Assembly (NCBI GenBank): GCA_001275005.1
Contig: JWZX01003351.1
Span: 1 to 50,022, forward strand
DNA: 50,022 nucleotides
Source of the DNA: Chrysochromulina tobinii
Lineage: Eukaryota
Direction: 5' to 3'
This document shows, piece after piece, positions 31,210-41,561 of the stretch. The notes under the pieces were generated by a model that worked only from the letters and a program-made list of their open reading frames with translations, was not told the origin of the DNA and ran no database searches. A program made the translations under genes and the position numbers. Each line of letters opens with the position of its first letter. The stretch's first letter is position 1.

Positions 31210-31949
31210 GGGAATCGAATAGTTTTCCTACGAACACTATGAGAGTGTGAAAAGTCTAGTATGAATACCTTTGCGATACGCTATCGACAGTATCATGACC
31301 ACAAGAACCCGGTCAGCTGACTTGCACTGCCGCTGGATGGCATGTTCATGTTTATGAAGGATGGGTATGTAACGGTCGTTTGTCCACGTGAGACCGCCCT
31401 TGAGTGCTCGTGACGCGAGATAAATTAGGATTTGGGCAATTGGATTTGGGTACAATTATTGGACGGCCCATCAGACGAGACTGACAGACTGAATGAGACT
31501 GAGTTACGTTCACATTATAGAGACATTCCTGCCACTCGGGTACCACCCACCCCTGGGGCAACGAAGTCGATAGGTGTGGGTACCCCCCGCCCCCTAGCCC
31601 TTGTACCGTACCGCCGCTACCGTACCCCGGCTTCGTCTTCGAACCTGGCTACCCTCCCGGCCCTCCCCCCCCTTGGCAGAGAGAGAGCTCGATAGGGGAC
31701 CACATTGAGTATGCAACCCAATGAACTACAATGGTAGTCCACTGGATCGGCGCGGTAAACAACGGCCAGTTCGGCTGCAGCGCGCGTGCCAAGCGTGCAT
31801 TCATATGCACGACGCGCACATACGCGAACCCTCACACGCGGGACGCCCCATGCTTATGATGATTTTCGTCATCGGGGATGGATGTGGTCTCGGTACGCCC
31901 TGTGGTCTCTGACTGTGACTCTGACTGAGGAGGGGAATCAAGTCAGGGT

Positions 31950-31997
31950 GTTCTAGAGCTTGGTGGCGTTGCCGTTCTAGAGCTTGGTGGCGTTGCC
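31950..31997 (-). repeat. Perfect 24-nt tandem duplication covering the FNT stop codon
   Basis: gttctagagcttggtggcgttgcc twice. Confidence 0.95.
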
Positions 31998-33004
31998 AAG
32001 CTTGCCGAACTGGAATGAGTAGCCAGCTGCCACCACGACTGCACCGGCGATGGCGTTGCCAATAGTCGCGGGGATCATATTTTTCACGATCGTGTCAGCG
32101 ATTGACAACTTGGCGCCGCCGAGCAGCCCAAGCGGCAACAGGAACATGTTGGCGACGGAGTGCTCGAGGCCAACTGCGAGGCACGAAGGCACAGCAACGT
32201 TACGGGCAGGCGGGAGGGCGATGGCCATAAGTCGAATGCAGGAAAAGTTCCCCCAGGCGGTCACGGAACCTTGGAAAGAAGGGAGCAAGGCGGGCAGAGC
32301 GGGCAGAGCGTACTGGCCACAAACATCGAGATCGGAAACCAAATGCCGACCATCTTGCCTGCGAGGTCGTTGGCCGCGCCTGCCATAAAAACGGCCATGC
32401 AGACGCACCAGTTGCACATGATCGCCTTGACGACGGTCGGCATAAATGCGCCAGAGCACTTTTTCATGGCGGTGGCCACGGCGAGCTCCTGAACGCCGCC
32501 GGTTAGGATTCCAGTGTACTGCGCCGCGAGTGCGAGGAGTCCGCAGCCAACGACGTTTCCGAAAAATGAGACGGACCAGCTCTTGACTAAGTCATCAAGC
32601 GAGATTAGGCCCTCGTACAGTGCTGCCGCCACGGAAGCGCTGTTGCCAGTGAAGAGCTGGCCGCCCGACATCAGGATCAGCAGGAGGTTGACTGGGAAGA
32701 GCGCCGCGAAGATCATCTTTTGCATGCCCGGATTGGATGAGGCTATGCCTGGGACGCTGCCGGATACGACCGTCGCAAGTAGCCCGCCCAACCCGACGTA
32801 GCCTCCGCCCATGATTGATTGGTGCAGAATCTTGATCAGCGGCATTTTGGCGTTGTCGCGGCCCTTGGCGGCCATGCCAAGGTATGCGTCCTTGGGAGTC
32901 TTGACCGAGGAAACATCGGTGACGGCGCCCCCGCCGCGGAATCTTAGCAGGGCGGGCCGAGCCTCAGCCGAGACGGCCAGCAGCAGAACGAACGCGAGCT
33001 TCAT
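31977..33004 (-). CDS. Formate/nitrite transporter (FNT, NAR1-like) with signal peptide; 2 exons, intron 32174-32313
   Basis: LFPVNL, QLFTGN, KAIMCNWCVC. Splicing A|GTACGC...GCAG|TT gives FPISMFVAIGLEHSVANMF. Leader MKLAFVLLLAVSAEA. Confidence 0.95.
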
Positions 33005-33671
33005 GGGATCCGCGAGGTCTTCGAGGTTTCGTCGAGAGAGGGCACCCGAGATTTCGTACGAGCCGGAGATTTGCCTGATTTGCCGCGCCATTCTAAAGAC
33101 CAAACATTGCCGAGCGAGGCGCAGATCGGAACGAGAACTGAGGCTATCGGTTGAGTTCTCTGGCGTCGTGCGGTTCGTTTACGAAGTGCAAAATTAAGCT
33201 AGGATTCCTACTTTATGAAGGTGGCGAGAAGGTGGACCCGCGACCTTGCCCGCGACACATTGTTTCATACCTTAACGATTGTGCCGTGACACACTAGGAA
33301 CCTAACATCTACTTCCCAGCACGACTCCTCCAACGAAGAGAGGCGTTGGACCGTTGGTGTATGCCTGTATCGGTGTCGTTATCGTATATCGAGACCCGCC
33401 TCGTGCACCTCGAGCATATCGTATACACACGATACAGGATAAAACAGGTGGTACAGAGCATTGGTACAGAGCCGTGCGCGCTGTCACAGGCGGTGTCTTA
33501 GCGCGGTGTCCGTAACGGCAGGACCGCGCGGTGCATCGAGCTACACTCCTGTACCGGCTAAGTACGAAGTATCGCCAGCTGACCCGTAAATTTTCCAGGG
33601 GTTACCTCGGCGCCTACCTCGGACCTACAAAGGCCTCGCCTCTCACCACCCACGACATATCGAGATTGGCC

Positions 33672-35151
33672 TCACGCCTTGGCCGCCTTCAGCCTGGCGG
33701 GCAAGGCGAGCCCAAAGAGCAGCAGGCCCCTGGCGCGCTTTGCAAACACGTTGAGCGCGCCGAGAGCCGCATGCATGACCCACTGCGGGTTGCCCAGGAG
33801 CCCCTCGATCGACGCGCGCGCTGAGGCCACCCACTGGGGGCGTACCTGACGAGGGAGGCAATCAAACGTCATCAGTGGTAGCTCATCAGCGGCAATCAGT
33901 GAGCGTGATTGGGGGCATGATTGGGAGCGTACCAGACTGAGCACGCCCGTGACGGCGCACGTGAGCGCGGAGGTACGAATGAGGAGCATCGCTGAGCGGC
34001 CAACAAACCGCTCGCGTGCGAGTGCAGCCGCCTGCCGCCTGGCGTGCTCGGCCTCCACCTTGCGCCGGCCGGCAGCATACGACGTCTCATAGAGCTCGAG
34101 AGTCCTAAGGCCTCGCACACGCCATCAGTCGTCATCAGAGGGCATTAGAGGGCATCAGAGGTCATCAGTAGCCAGCACCGGTGCTTGGCGGCGACCATAG
34201 AGGAGGCTCCATCAGACGCAATCAGAGGGCATCAGAGGCCATTAGTGGCCATCACCGGCGCTTGGCGGCGACCATAGAGGAGGCGAAGAGCATGGAGCGC
34301 AGTGTGGAAAGGTCCGAGTGCTGGGGGTCCTCGACACAGCACGTGCCCCATGGGTAGATGCGCGTGCCGTCCTCGCTCGAGCACACCGCAAAGGGCGGCG
34401 GCTGCGTCGTCGAGCGAGAGAGCACGCGCCCGACCTTGGCGTCGGCCGACACCGCCGCGTCCGCCTCCAGGCCAACCGCCCCTTGAGTCAACGGAGTCAA
34501 GGGGCCGGCTGCAACGGCGGTATCTGACAGTTGAAAGATCTTGACGCCCGAGGCGCGCAGCTCGGAGAGGATGAGGCGACGAAAGGCATCGCGCTCGGCG
34601 AGCGTCATCGTGTCCGACTTGGCAATGATCGGAACCAGATTAATGTGCGGCTCTAGGCGGCGCATGAACTCGAGGTCGACCCCCTTGAGCCGGTGCGCTG
34701 CGATAAAGTAAAGGCAAACGTGCACGAGGCCATCGCGCTGCAGCGCGAGGGCGGGGGCATTCTGCGAGGGCGGCGCGCTGAGCATGTCGTAATGGTCCAT
34801 GTACCGCTGCTGCACGTACTCGATGATGGAATTGATCCACGGCGTGCTGTCCACCTGGTCACCGTAGCCCGGGCAATCGACGACGGTGATCTCGACCGGG
34901 AATCCGTCGTTGTCGACCTTGTGCACAATCTCCTTGATCTCGGTCGTGCGTGCCGTCAGCGTCGCCGGCACATACGCTGCGCCGTGCAGCATATCGTCGG
35001 GCACGAACGGACGCAGCAGCGCGCGGGTGAAGGTCGTCTTGCCGAGGCCGCTCTCGCCGACGAGCATGATCCGGAAGTTGATGCCCGAGCGCTGCCACTC
35101 GGCGTTGAGCTGGGCACTCAGCTGAAGAGACTCGCGGGAGCGAGTGGACAT
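33672..35151 (-). CDS. Septin with a hydrophobic C-terminal tail; exons 35151-34256, 34104-33933, 33845-33672
   Basis: GESGLGKTT, DCPGYGD, VHVCLYFI, PIIAKSD, and the septin unique element RIYPWG...HSDLSTLRSML. Splicing gives AAKRRTLELYETSY. Confidence 0.92.
33846..33932 (-). other. Probable septin intron (87 nt, in-frame, no stop) flanked by a GGTACGC direct repeat
   Basis: CTG|GTACGC...CGTCAG|GTACGC; CTGAT/TTGAT units similar to the neighbouring intron. Confidence 0.7.
34105..34255 (-). other. Septin intron (151 nt) with 10-nt periodic repeats and an internal copy of the exon end and donor site
   Basis: CG|GTGATG...CCTTAG|G; nine CTRAT units in two blocks of exact 10-nt period. Confidence 0.85.
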
Positions 35152-35316
35152 CGCACTGCGTGTGAGGCGGCGGCGGCGGAGGCGGCGGCGGCGGAGAAGC
35201 TCGCGAATAAAAAGGGCCAGGCTTCACACCAGAATTCGCAAAAGTGTGTGGCCGCAGAGTCTCGAGTTCTCGTGACGTGGTTTCGTTTTGCGATACGAGT
35301 CGTCCGATACCGCTTT

Positions 35317-35339
35317 TTGACTTGACTTGACTTGACTTG
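35317..35339. repeat. (TTGAC)n microsatellite in the septin/kinesin divergent spacer
   Basis: ttgacttgacttgacttgacttg. Confidence 0.85.
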
Positions 35340-35399
35340 GTCGAAGGCGTTGGTCGATCATTGGTCCTCTCGAGCAGGTCTCGAACGCCCATCCTCACG

Positions 35400-36692
35400 A
35401 TGGGCTGCGGCGCGTCAGCTATTCGGCCAAACAACCGGCCGACAGTCGAGGATCTGCGCAAAAAGTATTCGACAGCCGGCGCTAAAGGCGATAGCTTGCA
35501 TGCCGCAGCACCTGGAGCCAGATTTCTCCGTTCTGGCGCTTCTCTTGAACGCATGCTCGATACGAATGCGGTGCTGGTTGTCGTGCGTGTCCGTCCTCTC
35601 AATAAGCGTGAGACTGAAGCTGGCTCTGCAGAGTGCATCCGAATTGAGAGTAGCACCATGCTCACCATCGATGCTGCAGGCACGGCCGGTCGCCAGATGG
35701 CCTTCGATGCTGTCTTTCGCAGTGATGCATCTTCCGAAGATGTGTATGCCCGTTCCGGTCGTATGGTACTGACCAAGGTCCTCGATGGCTACAACGGCTG
35801 CGTATTCGCGTACGGCCAAACGGGGAGCGGCAAGACGTATACGATGCAGGGCACCGCCGCCACGCCTGGCGTCATCCCTCAGCTGTGTGATGAGCTGTTT
35901 GAACGCATTAGCCGCATGGCCGAAGTGAAAGAGGTCCGGGTCTACGCGACGATGTGTGAGATCTACAACGAGCGCCTCAACGACCTGCTCACACGCGGTG
36001 CCGACGACAATTGTCGTGACCTGGTCATCAAGGAAGACAAGGCAGCGGGGGGGAGAGGGATCTTTGTCGACGGCCTGAGTGAGCATCACGTCGAGAGCAG
36101 CAGCGACGTGCAGCATCTGATCGGCGACGGGCAGGCACGCCGCGCAGTCGGGCGCACAGACATGAATGAACACTCGTCGCGCTCGCACTCCGTCGTCACG
36201 CTGCGCATCGAGACATGCGATGTGGGTGATCTCGAGCGCATCTCGGCTACGAGCTCGAAGCTGCATCTCATTGATCTCGCGGGCTCGGAGCGCCAAAAGG
36301 GGACGGGCGCGACGGGTGAACGGCTCAAGGAAGGGGCGCAGATCAACCTGTCACTGACGGCGCTTGGCAATGTCATCAGCGCACTCACGGAGAAGAATCG
36401 AGGCCATGTGCCCTACAGGGACTCGAAGCTGACGCGGCTGCTGCAGGACTCCCTCGGTGGGAACTCCGTGACGGTGATGCTGTGCAACGCGTCGCCAGCG
36501 GCCATCAACGGCGAAGAGACGCTCTCGGCGCTGCGCTTTGCGGAGCGCGCCAAGAAGATTGAAAACGTGGCCACCATCAACCGCGACCCGAAAGCAGCCC
36601 GCGCTGCGGAGCTTTTCGAGGAGAACAAGAAGCTCAAGCAGAAGATCGACCTGCTCGAGGCGCACATCCTTGAGCTCGAGAAATACTACTGA
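35400..36692 (+). CDS. Short kinesin motor protein (430 aa) with an MGCGAS N-terminus
   Basis: VRVRPLN, FAYGQTGSGKT, NEHSSRSH, LIDLAGSER, HVPYRDSKLTRLLQDSLGGN; short C-terminal coiled coil. Confidence 0.95.
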   Translation: MGCGASAIRPNNRPTVEDLRKKYSTAGAKGDSLHAAAPGARFLRSGASLERMLDTNAVLVVVRVRPLNKRETEAGSAECIRIESSTMLTIDAAGTAGRQMAFDAVFRSDASSEDVYARSGRMVLTKVLDGYNGCVFAYGQTGSGKTYTMQGTAATPGVIPQLCDELFERISRMAEVKEVRVYATMCEIYNERLNDLLTRGADDNCRDLVIKEDKAAGGRGIFVDGLSEHHVESSSDVQHLIGDGQARRAVGRTDMNEHSSRSHSVVTLRIETCDVGDLERISATSSKLHLIDLAGSERQKGTGATGERLKEGAQINLSLTALGNVISALTEKNRGHVPYRDSKLTRLLQDSLGGNSVTVMLCNASPAAINGEETLSALRFAERAKKIENVATINRDPKAARAAELFEENKKLKQKIDLLEAHILELEKYY

Positions 36693-36759
36693 GGGAGTGT
36701 AGAGGCTGTGTCGCCTTGTGAAACATCTCAGAAATCCGCAGGAAAAAGTGTGTACGAAG

Positions 36760-38297
36760 ATGGCGACATGGCGTGTGAACATCCAAGATCCATGGCGATC
36801 CATGGCGACATCCATGGCATCCATGGCGCACGAGTCGCCATGGATGTCGGCAGTGCTACGCTCGCTGCCATCCCGGCGCTCGTGCGCAAGATGAACCCAG
36901 GCTTTTGTGCGTTGACAGATTCGGATCTCTCTGACTGCAGCTCAGATAACGCTGGGAGCTGGCCGCTCGCGTCCAAGGGCGACTGGCATGCGGCAGCGAA
37001 AGAATGTGTTGCGCGCTGCCGAGCGTGCGACCGGTGCAGGTACGTTAGCCTGAGCTTGAGATTCGCCGATTGCAGCTGGTACTCCGAGTGCGATTTGGCG
37101 CGATTGATCAAGAGCGGAGCTGATCATATCTCAGCCACGGTGTTGCATGCGCCATTGCCGGAACTTCCTCTGCGCCGCTTTGCTGGGGCAGTCGCAGAAG
37201 AGGTGAACAGGCCGTTGCTGCTGGCCGTCGGCATCCTGTCACGAGCCACGCCACGCATACAGGATCCTCCGCATGCAGCGTGGCACGGTGTGATCCCGCC
37301 GAGCGTCGAGCTCCGCTTTGTCATCAGCAGCCGCGAGCGTGTTGGCGACCGCCGCTTTGTTGGTGACCGCCGCTTTGTTGCCGTCGTCGACTGCCCTTCG
37401 GAAGGTCCCACCCGACGCTTTCTCGGCCAGGCATGCTTCTGCATGGCGGCACGCTGGTTCCGCCGCGCGCTGGTGCTCTTCCCCTTGGCACGCTTTGTCG
37501 GGAAGCTTGAGGACGACGCGAGCGTGCACGTGGCTCGTTTACTGGCCGAGTTGCGTTGGAGTCTCAGCCTACCGCTGCCGCGCACCTCCTCGGCTGCCTC
37601 GTCTGAGAGCCTCAGCCGGCGAGCCCTAACCTCATCTGAGAGCCGAAGCCTGCCTACACCGCGCGCCTCGGCTGCCTCGTCTGAGGCACTGCTATGGTTT
37701 GGCCACTTCCAATGGGCGGCACACGACGGGCAGCGTGGCGCGTTCTGCGGCGGCGAGGAGCAGCTTCCCGCACGCCGCTCCTCGGTGCATCAGTGGTGCA
37801 AGCCGTTCTGGCCGTCCAATAACACGCTCATCGCCCCGTTTGCCTCGGGGGCGCTCGACGTGCGCTCGCGCTCTCTAGTGCAGCGCTTCGCTGCGTGCGA
37901 GCACGTGTGGGAATACCTGGCGGCTTGGCAGACCGAGCAGAGCCGTGGTCTTTCATGTGACGGCGGCATGGGTCACTTCATCGCGCTCTGCGTGCGCGAG
38001 CCCGTCACGGCGCTACACCTGCCCACGGCCAAGTTTCAGCGCGTAGCCGCCGACCGTGCGGCGGGCAAGCACTGCACGGTGGTCCATCCTAATAAGGAGC
38101 ACGTGCACGTGCGCTGGCCGCACGGCCGTGCCACCCAGCCAGCGATGCTGCCCATTCCGCTCACGATCCACCCTCCGGCGGGGCTCGGCACACATGCGAC
38201 CTGGACGGCGAGCAACGAGTCACTCGTGCGTGCCTACGAGTCGTACACTCAACGCGGGTTGGGCGACCGGCTCTGTGACGTGGTCCCGTGCGCCTGA
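36760..38297 (+). CDS. Cys-rich PAN/Apple-like module plus a glycosyltransferase-like (GT31-like) domain; start uncertain (ATG 36760 or 36840)
   Basis: PGFC...DC...GSW...CVARCRACDRCRYVSLS...DCSWYSEC; WFRRALVLFPLARFVGKLEDD; APFASGALD. Confidence 0.55.
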
Positions 38298-38949
38298 GCG
38301 TCTAGGATGTACGATGTACTACGGCCTCTGGATATACTAAGCTCCCGGAAACTTAGTCGCTTGAGTCCTGGTTCGTATAGGTTCGCATGGTCTGTTCCAC
38401 ACAGTCGACGATTCTCTAGTATGTGTGATCGGTATAGACTCTTCCAAAATAGACCGGAACGTGAGCGCATGCGCACAAGTGGGCTGCGCGTGCCATCTGC
38501 CAATATTGGGTCTCGAGACTTGGATCTAACGATTCCAAGATCTCTTAAGATCTCATGGAGTTAATCATGGAGTTGCAGGTTGGTTCTTGCATACCTTCGA
38601 CCGAGGACCGTTCGAGTGCGAAACCTCTACGAAACCTCCATCCCGCCGAATTGGCCGAAATGGCCCTTGGCGAGTATCTTTTCCATAAGCTCGGGTTGCG
38701 GCTTGCGCATGAATAAGTGCATAGTGCAAGTGTGAAATGACAGAACCAAAGCCCGCGTGCGATCCCTGGCCCCCGCCCGCCTGAGCCTGAGTCGACATGC
38801 TACTTGCCACGGCGGACGCCTATCAACGGATCTCGGAATCGAGGGAGCGCCGGCCGTGCCCCACCACTTCGAGCGGGTGGGCTCGCGGAGCACCGGTTGC
38901 TCTAACTCTCACCGCTTAGGCGCTTTAGCTCCTGAGTTTCCGAGATTTG

Positions 38950-39051
38950 GTTGCAGGTCTTCTCTGTGTCTCGTTTCACTGTTAACTAGATAGCCCAAAC
39001 ACTGTTGCAGGTCTTCACTGTGTGTCTTGTTTCGCTGTTAACAAAAGATAA
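38950..39051 (+). repeat. Degenerate ~45-nt direct repeat upstream of the DUF952 gene
   Basis: gttgcaggtcttc..tgtgtct.gtttc.ctgttaac at 38950 and 39004. Confidence 0.8.
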
Positions 39052-39097
39052 CAAGAAAGGCCCAAACGTCCAACGGCCCGCGCCGCGATCGAAGCCC

Positions 39098-39622
39098 ATG
39101 AGTGTCGACCAAGTGTCACAGGAAGTTCTCTATGCCCTCTGCGACACTGCTGACGTGCCGGCGGACGCATGGAAAAACCGCCTCACTTTTGTTGACGTCT
39201 ATAAGGGCAAAGGGACGAAGAACTTCATCACGCTCCTAACCGGCGATCAGCTGGCCAAGGCAGCAGCGACGTCTTTTGCTGGCAAGACGGATACCATGCT
39301 GCTGAGCTTCAAAGTGGAGAGCATGCGCGAGGAGGCCGACCTGAAGATCAAGTACGAGGCTGCTGAGTCCGAGGCGGGCGGCTCCGGCGAGTACGTTCAC
39401 GTCTACGGCGGCTTCATCCCTTATGCGTGCCTGTATGCGATGCCGAAGGTGCTCGTGCTTGATGAAAGTGTTGGACCTAACCTTGGAAAGCACATGCTCC
39501 CCCCGCTGGGCATGGGTGGAGGAGGCCTCGAGAAGGAGACGGTGTACGATGACGACTCCGACTTGAGCGAAAACGACGACCTGGAGCGCTTCGATCAGCA
39601 TACGTACGACCTCGATGATTAG
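39098..39622 (+). CDS. DUF952-like protein with an acidic tail
   Basis: FITLLTGDQLAKAAATSFAGKTDTMLLSF...IKYE...EYVHVYGG; ATG 39098. Confidence 0.7.
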   Translation: MSVDQVSQEVLYALCDTADVPADAWKNRLTFVDVYKGKGTKNFITLLTGDQLAKAAATSFAGKTDTMLLSFKVESMREEADLKIKYEAAESEAGGSGEYVHVYGGFIPYACLYAMPKVLVLDESVGPNLGKHMLPPLGMGGGGLEKETVYDDDSDLSENDDLERFDQHTYDLDD

Positions 39623-39922
39623 CTTTTTGCATTATTTTGGCTGTGCAAGAGGGGACAGGATGGCGTGCAGTGAGCGTGCAGTGTATTTCACCTTTGAGTG
39701 GAGTGGAGTATACTGCTGGTGCTCACTCGCGTGTACAGTCACCGACACTTAGACTTACCACCGGCTCAAACACCGCTCACCGGCGAACCGACCTTGTGGA
39801 CCAATCACCTAACGCGTAACGCGCGGGGCGGACCTCGAACGCATGCTCGAACGCCGCGCGGCCTCGGATCCACTTCCCCAGCGTGTCGTGTGCAGTAGAG
39901 AGCTCCTCTCAATCATAGCTTC

Positions 39923-41122
39923 TCACCCAAACTGCCCAGCATATGGATTGTACCCATGCAGCGCGACCACGTTGCCAAACTTGAGCTTGAGCTGCTCGAA
40001 CGAGCCGGCCATCTCGACCACGTACCGCTCACTCCCCTCGGAGCTCACAATCTTTCCCGGCTTACCGTTGAGCTCTGGGCGGCTGTTGAGTCCAGAGGCG
40101 TTCACGCGTGTGCCCGCGGGCAGGATCAAGTTCTCTGGCTTCACCTTGAGAGACTTGTAGTCGCCCGTCGGGGGCTGCAGGTCAGTGACCGTGTAGACTG
40201 CGCCGATGCTGTCGTACACGGCGGTGCCCGAGACGCTCCCCTCAAGGCCAAATTTGGAGCGCGCAGACGCGTCGAGGATGGCGCCAGAGATGAGCTGGCG
40301 CACATTCAGCGGCTTGACGGCCACATCGGCCACCTGGCCGGTGCTCGAGTTACGCAACCGTACCATGTACCGCCTCCTTTCCTCATCGAAGCCTACAATC
40401 GTGCCCGTGCTCTCATTGAGCTCAGGGCTACTCAGCCCCACTAACTTGACGCTCGTCTCGCGAGGGAGGAGGTCCGCGCGAAGCGGCGGAGGCTGCTGAG
40501 GCGGCTGCGAACGACGCCGCAAAAAACCGCCCATGTCGTCGTCGTCGTCCAAACCCGCAAAAGGGTCGCCGCCCGAGAAAAAAGCAGCAAAGATCTGTTC
40601 GGCACGCATGCTGTTCATGCCGCCTCCCATTGTGAATGAAACGCGCACGCCTGGGCCATCGCAGCTGCTCATAAACACGCCGCCGCCCGGAAAGGCACCC
40701 ATCGGCACGATGCCACTGCTTGCTGACGACCTAAAACCACCGCCCGCCTTCAGCCCATTTTCACCGTACCGATCAAATAAGCTCTTTTTCTCCTTGTCGG
40801 AGAGCACTTCGTATGCCTCGGCGGCCGCCTTGAATTTCTCCGTAGCCTCATTTTGCTCCGACTCCGGCTTGCCGGACCACTTGTCCGGGTGCCATTTCAC
40901 TGCGGCCTTACGATATGCTTTTTTTATGTCCTCCTCGGAGGCATCGCGACTGACACCCAGGATGGCGTAGAAGTCGCGTCCTCGGTCTTCACCATCAGCC
41001 GCTGTTGAGCCGTTTGCGAATCCACCACCAGGGAACCCACCACCAGGGAACCCGCCGCCAGGGAACCCACCACCAGGGAAACGGCCGTTTTCCAAGTCTT
41101 CCAGCGACGCTCCTGCGCCCAT
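39923..41122 (-). CDS. DnaJ/Hsp40 co-chaperone with an MGAGAS N-terminus, GGGFP repeats and two SH3/KOW-like C-terminal modules
   Basis: DFYAILGV...[16 protein letters not shown]...AYEVLSD; repeated GL.S.PELN..G.I...RY.V motif. Confidence 0.93.
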   Translation of the reverse strand: MGAGASLEDLENGRFPGGGFPGGGFPGGGFPGGGFANGSTAADGEDRGRDFYAILGVSRDASEEDIKKAYRKAAVKWHPDKWSGKPESEQNEATEKFKAAAEAYEVLSDKEKKSLFDRYGENGLKAGGGFRSSASSGIVPMGAFPGGGVFMSSCDGPGVRVSFTMGGGMNSMRAEQIFAAFFSGGDPFAGLDDDDDMGGFLRRRSQPPQQPPPLRADLLPRETSVKLVGLSSPELNESTGTIVGFDEERRRYMVRLRNSSTGQVADVAVKPLNVRQLISGAILDASARSKFGLEGSVSGTAVYDSIGAVYTVTDLQPPTGDYKSLKVKPENLILPAGTRVNASGLNSRPELNGKPGKIVSSEGSERYVVEMAGSFEQLKLKFGNVVALHGYNPYAGQFG

Positions 41123-41561
41123 TTGTGGTTCGGGAGCGCGATCCGAGGAATTTCTGTTTCACAGCAAACTTCGAGAGAAAAGATTTATCAAACGCGGCTC
41201 CGCTGAATGCGCGGACTAGCGGACGTCCGTTACGGGACGGAAAGTTTATAATCTCGTCTGTCCGCCGCGGGTGGCGGTGCGCGGTGGCAAGAGCCGACAG
41301 AGAGTGCACCCGGCAGACGCCCGAGACCGTGCGACGGAGCAGCATGGGACGGAGAGTGTTCGGTTTAAACCTTTTCATATATGATATCAATTGCCGCCAC
41401 AGAAATTGCGTTACACACTATACGGTCTACGCTGCGTCATCGCCGCGACCCCTCTCAGGGTGTTTGTTGTAACTAGGGGTCGTAACTCGTATAGCTCAGA
41501 GCTGTATTTATGCGTTGGTTGCGATGAGATTGCATATCGCTGCGAGGGTTGCTTTGAGCGC

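Noticed and set aside
34125..34255. Repeat arrays as CRISPR (also 42367-42465 and 41020-41080)
   Set aside because: Eukaryotic context, no unique spacers and no cas genes; the repeats are intronic or coding tandem units.
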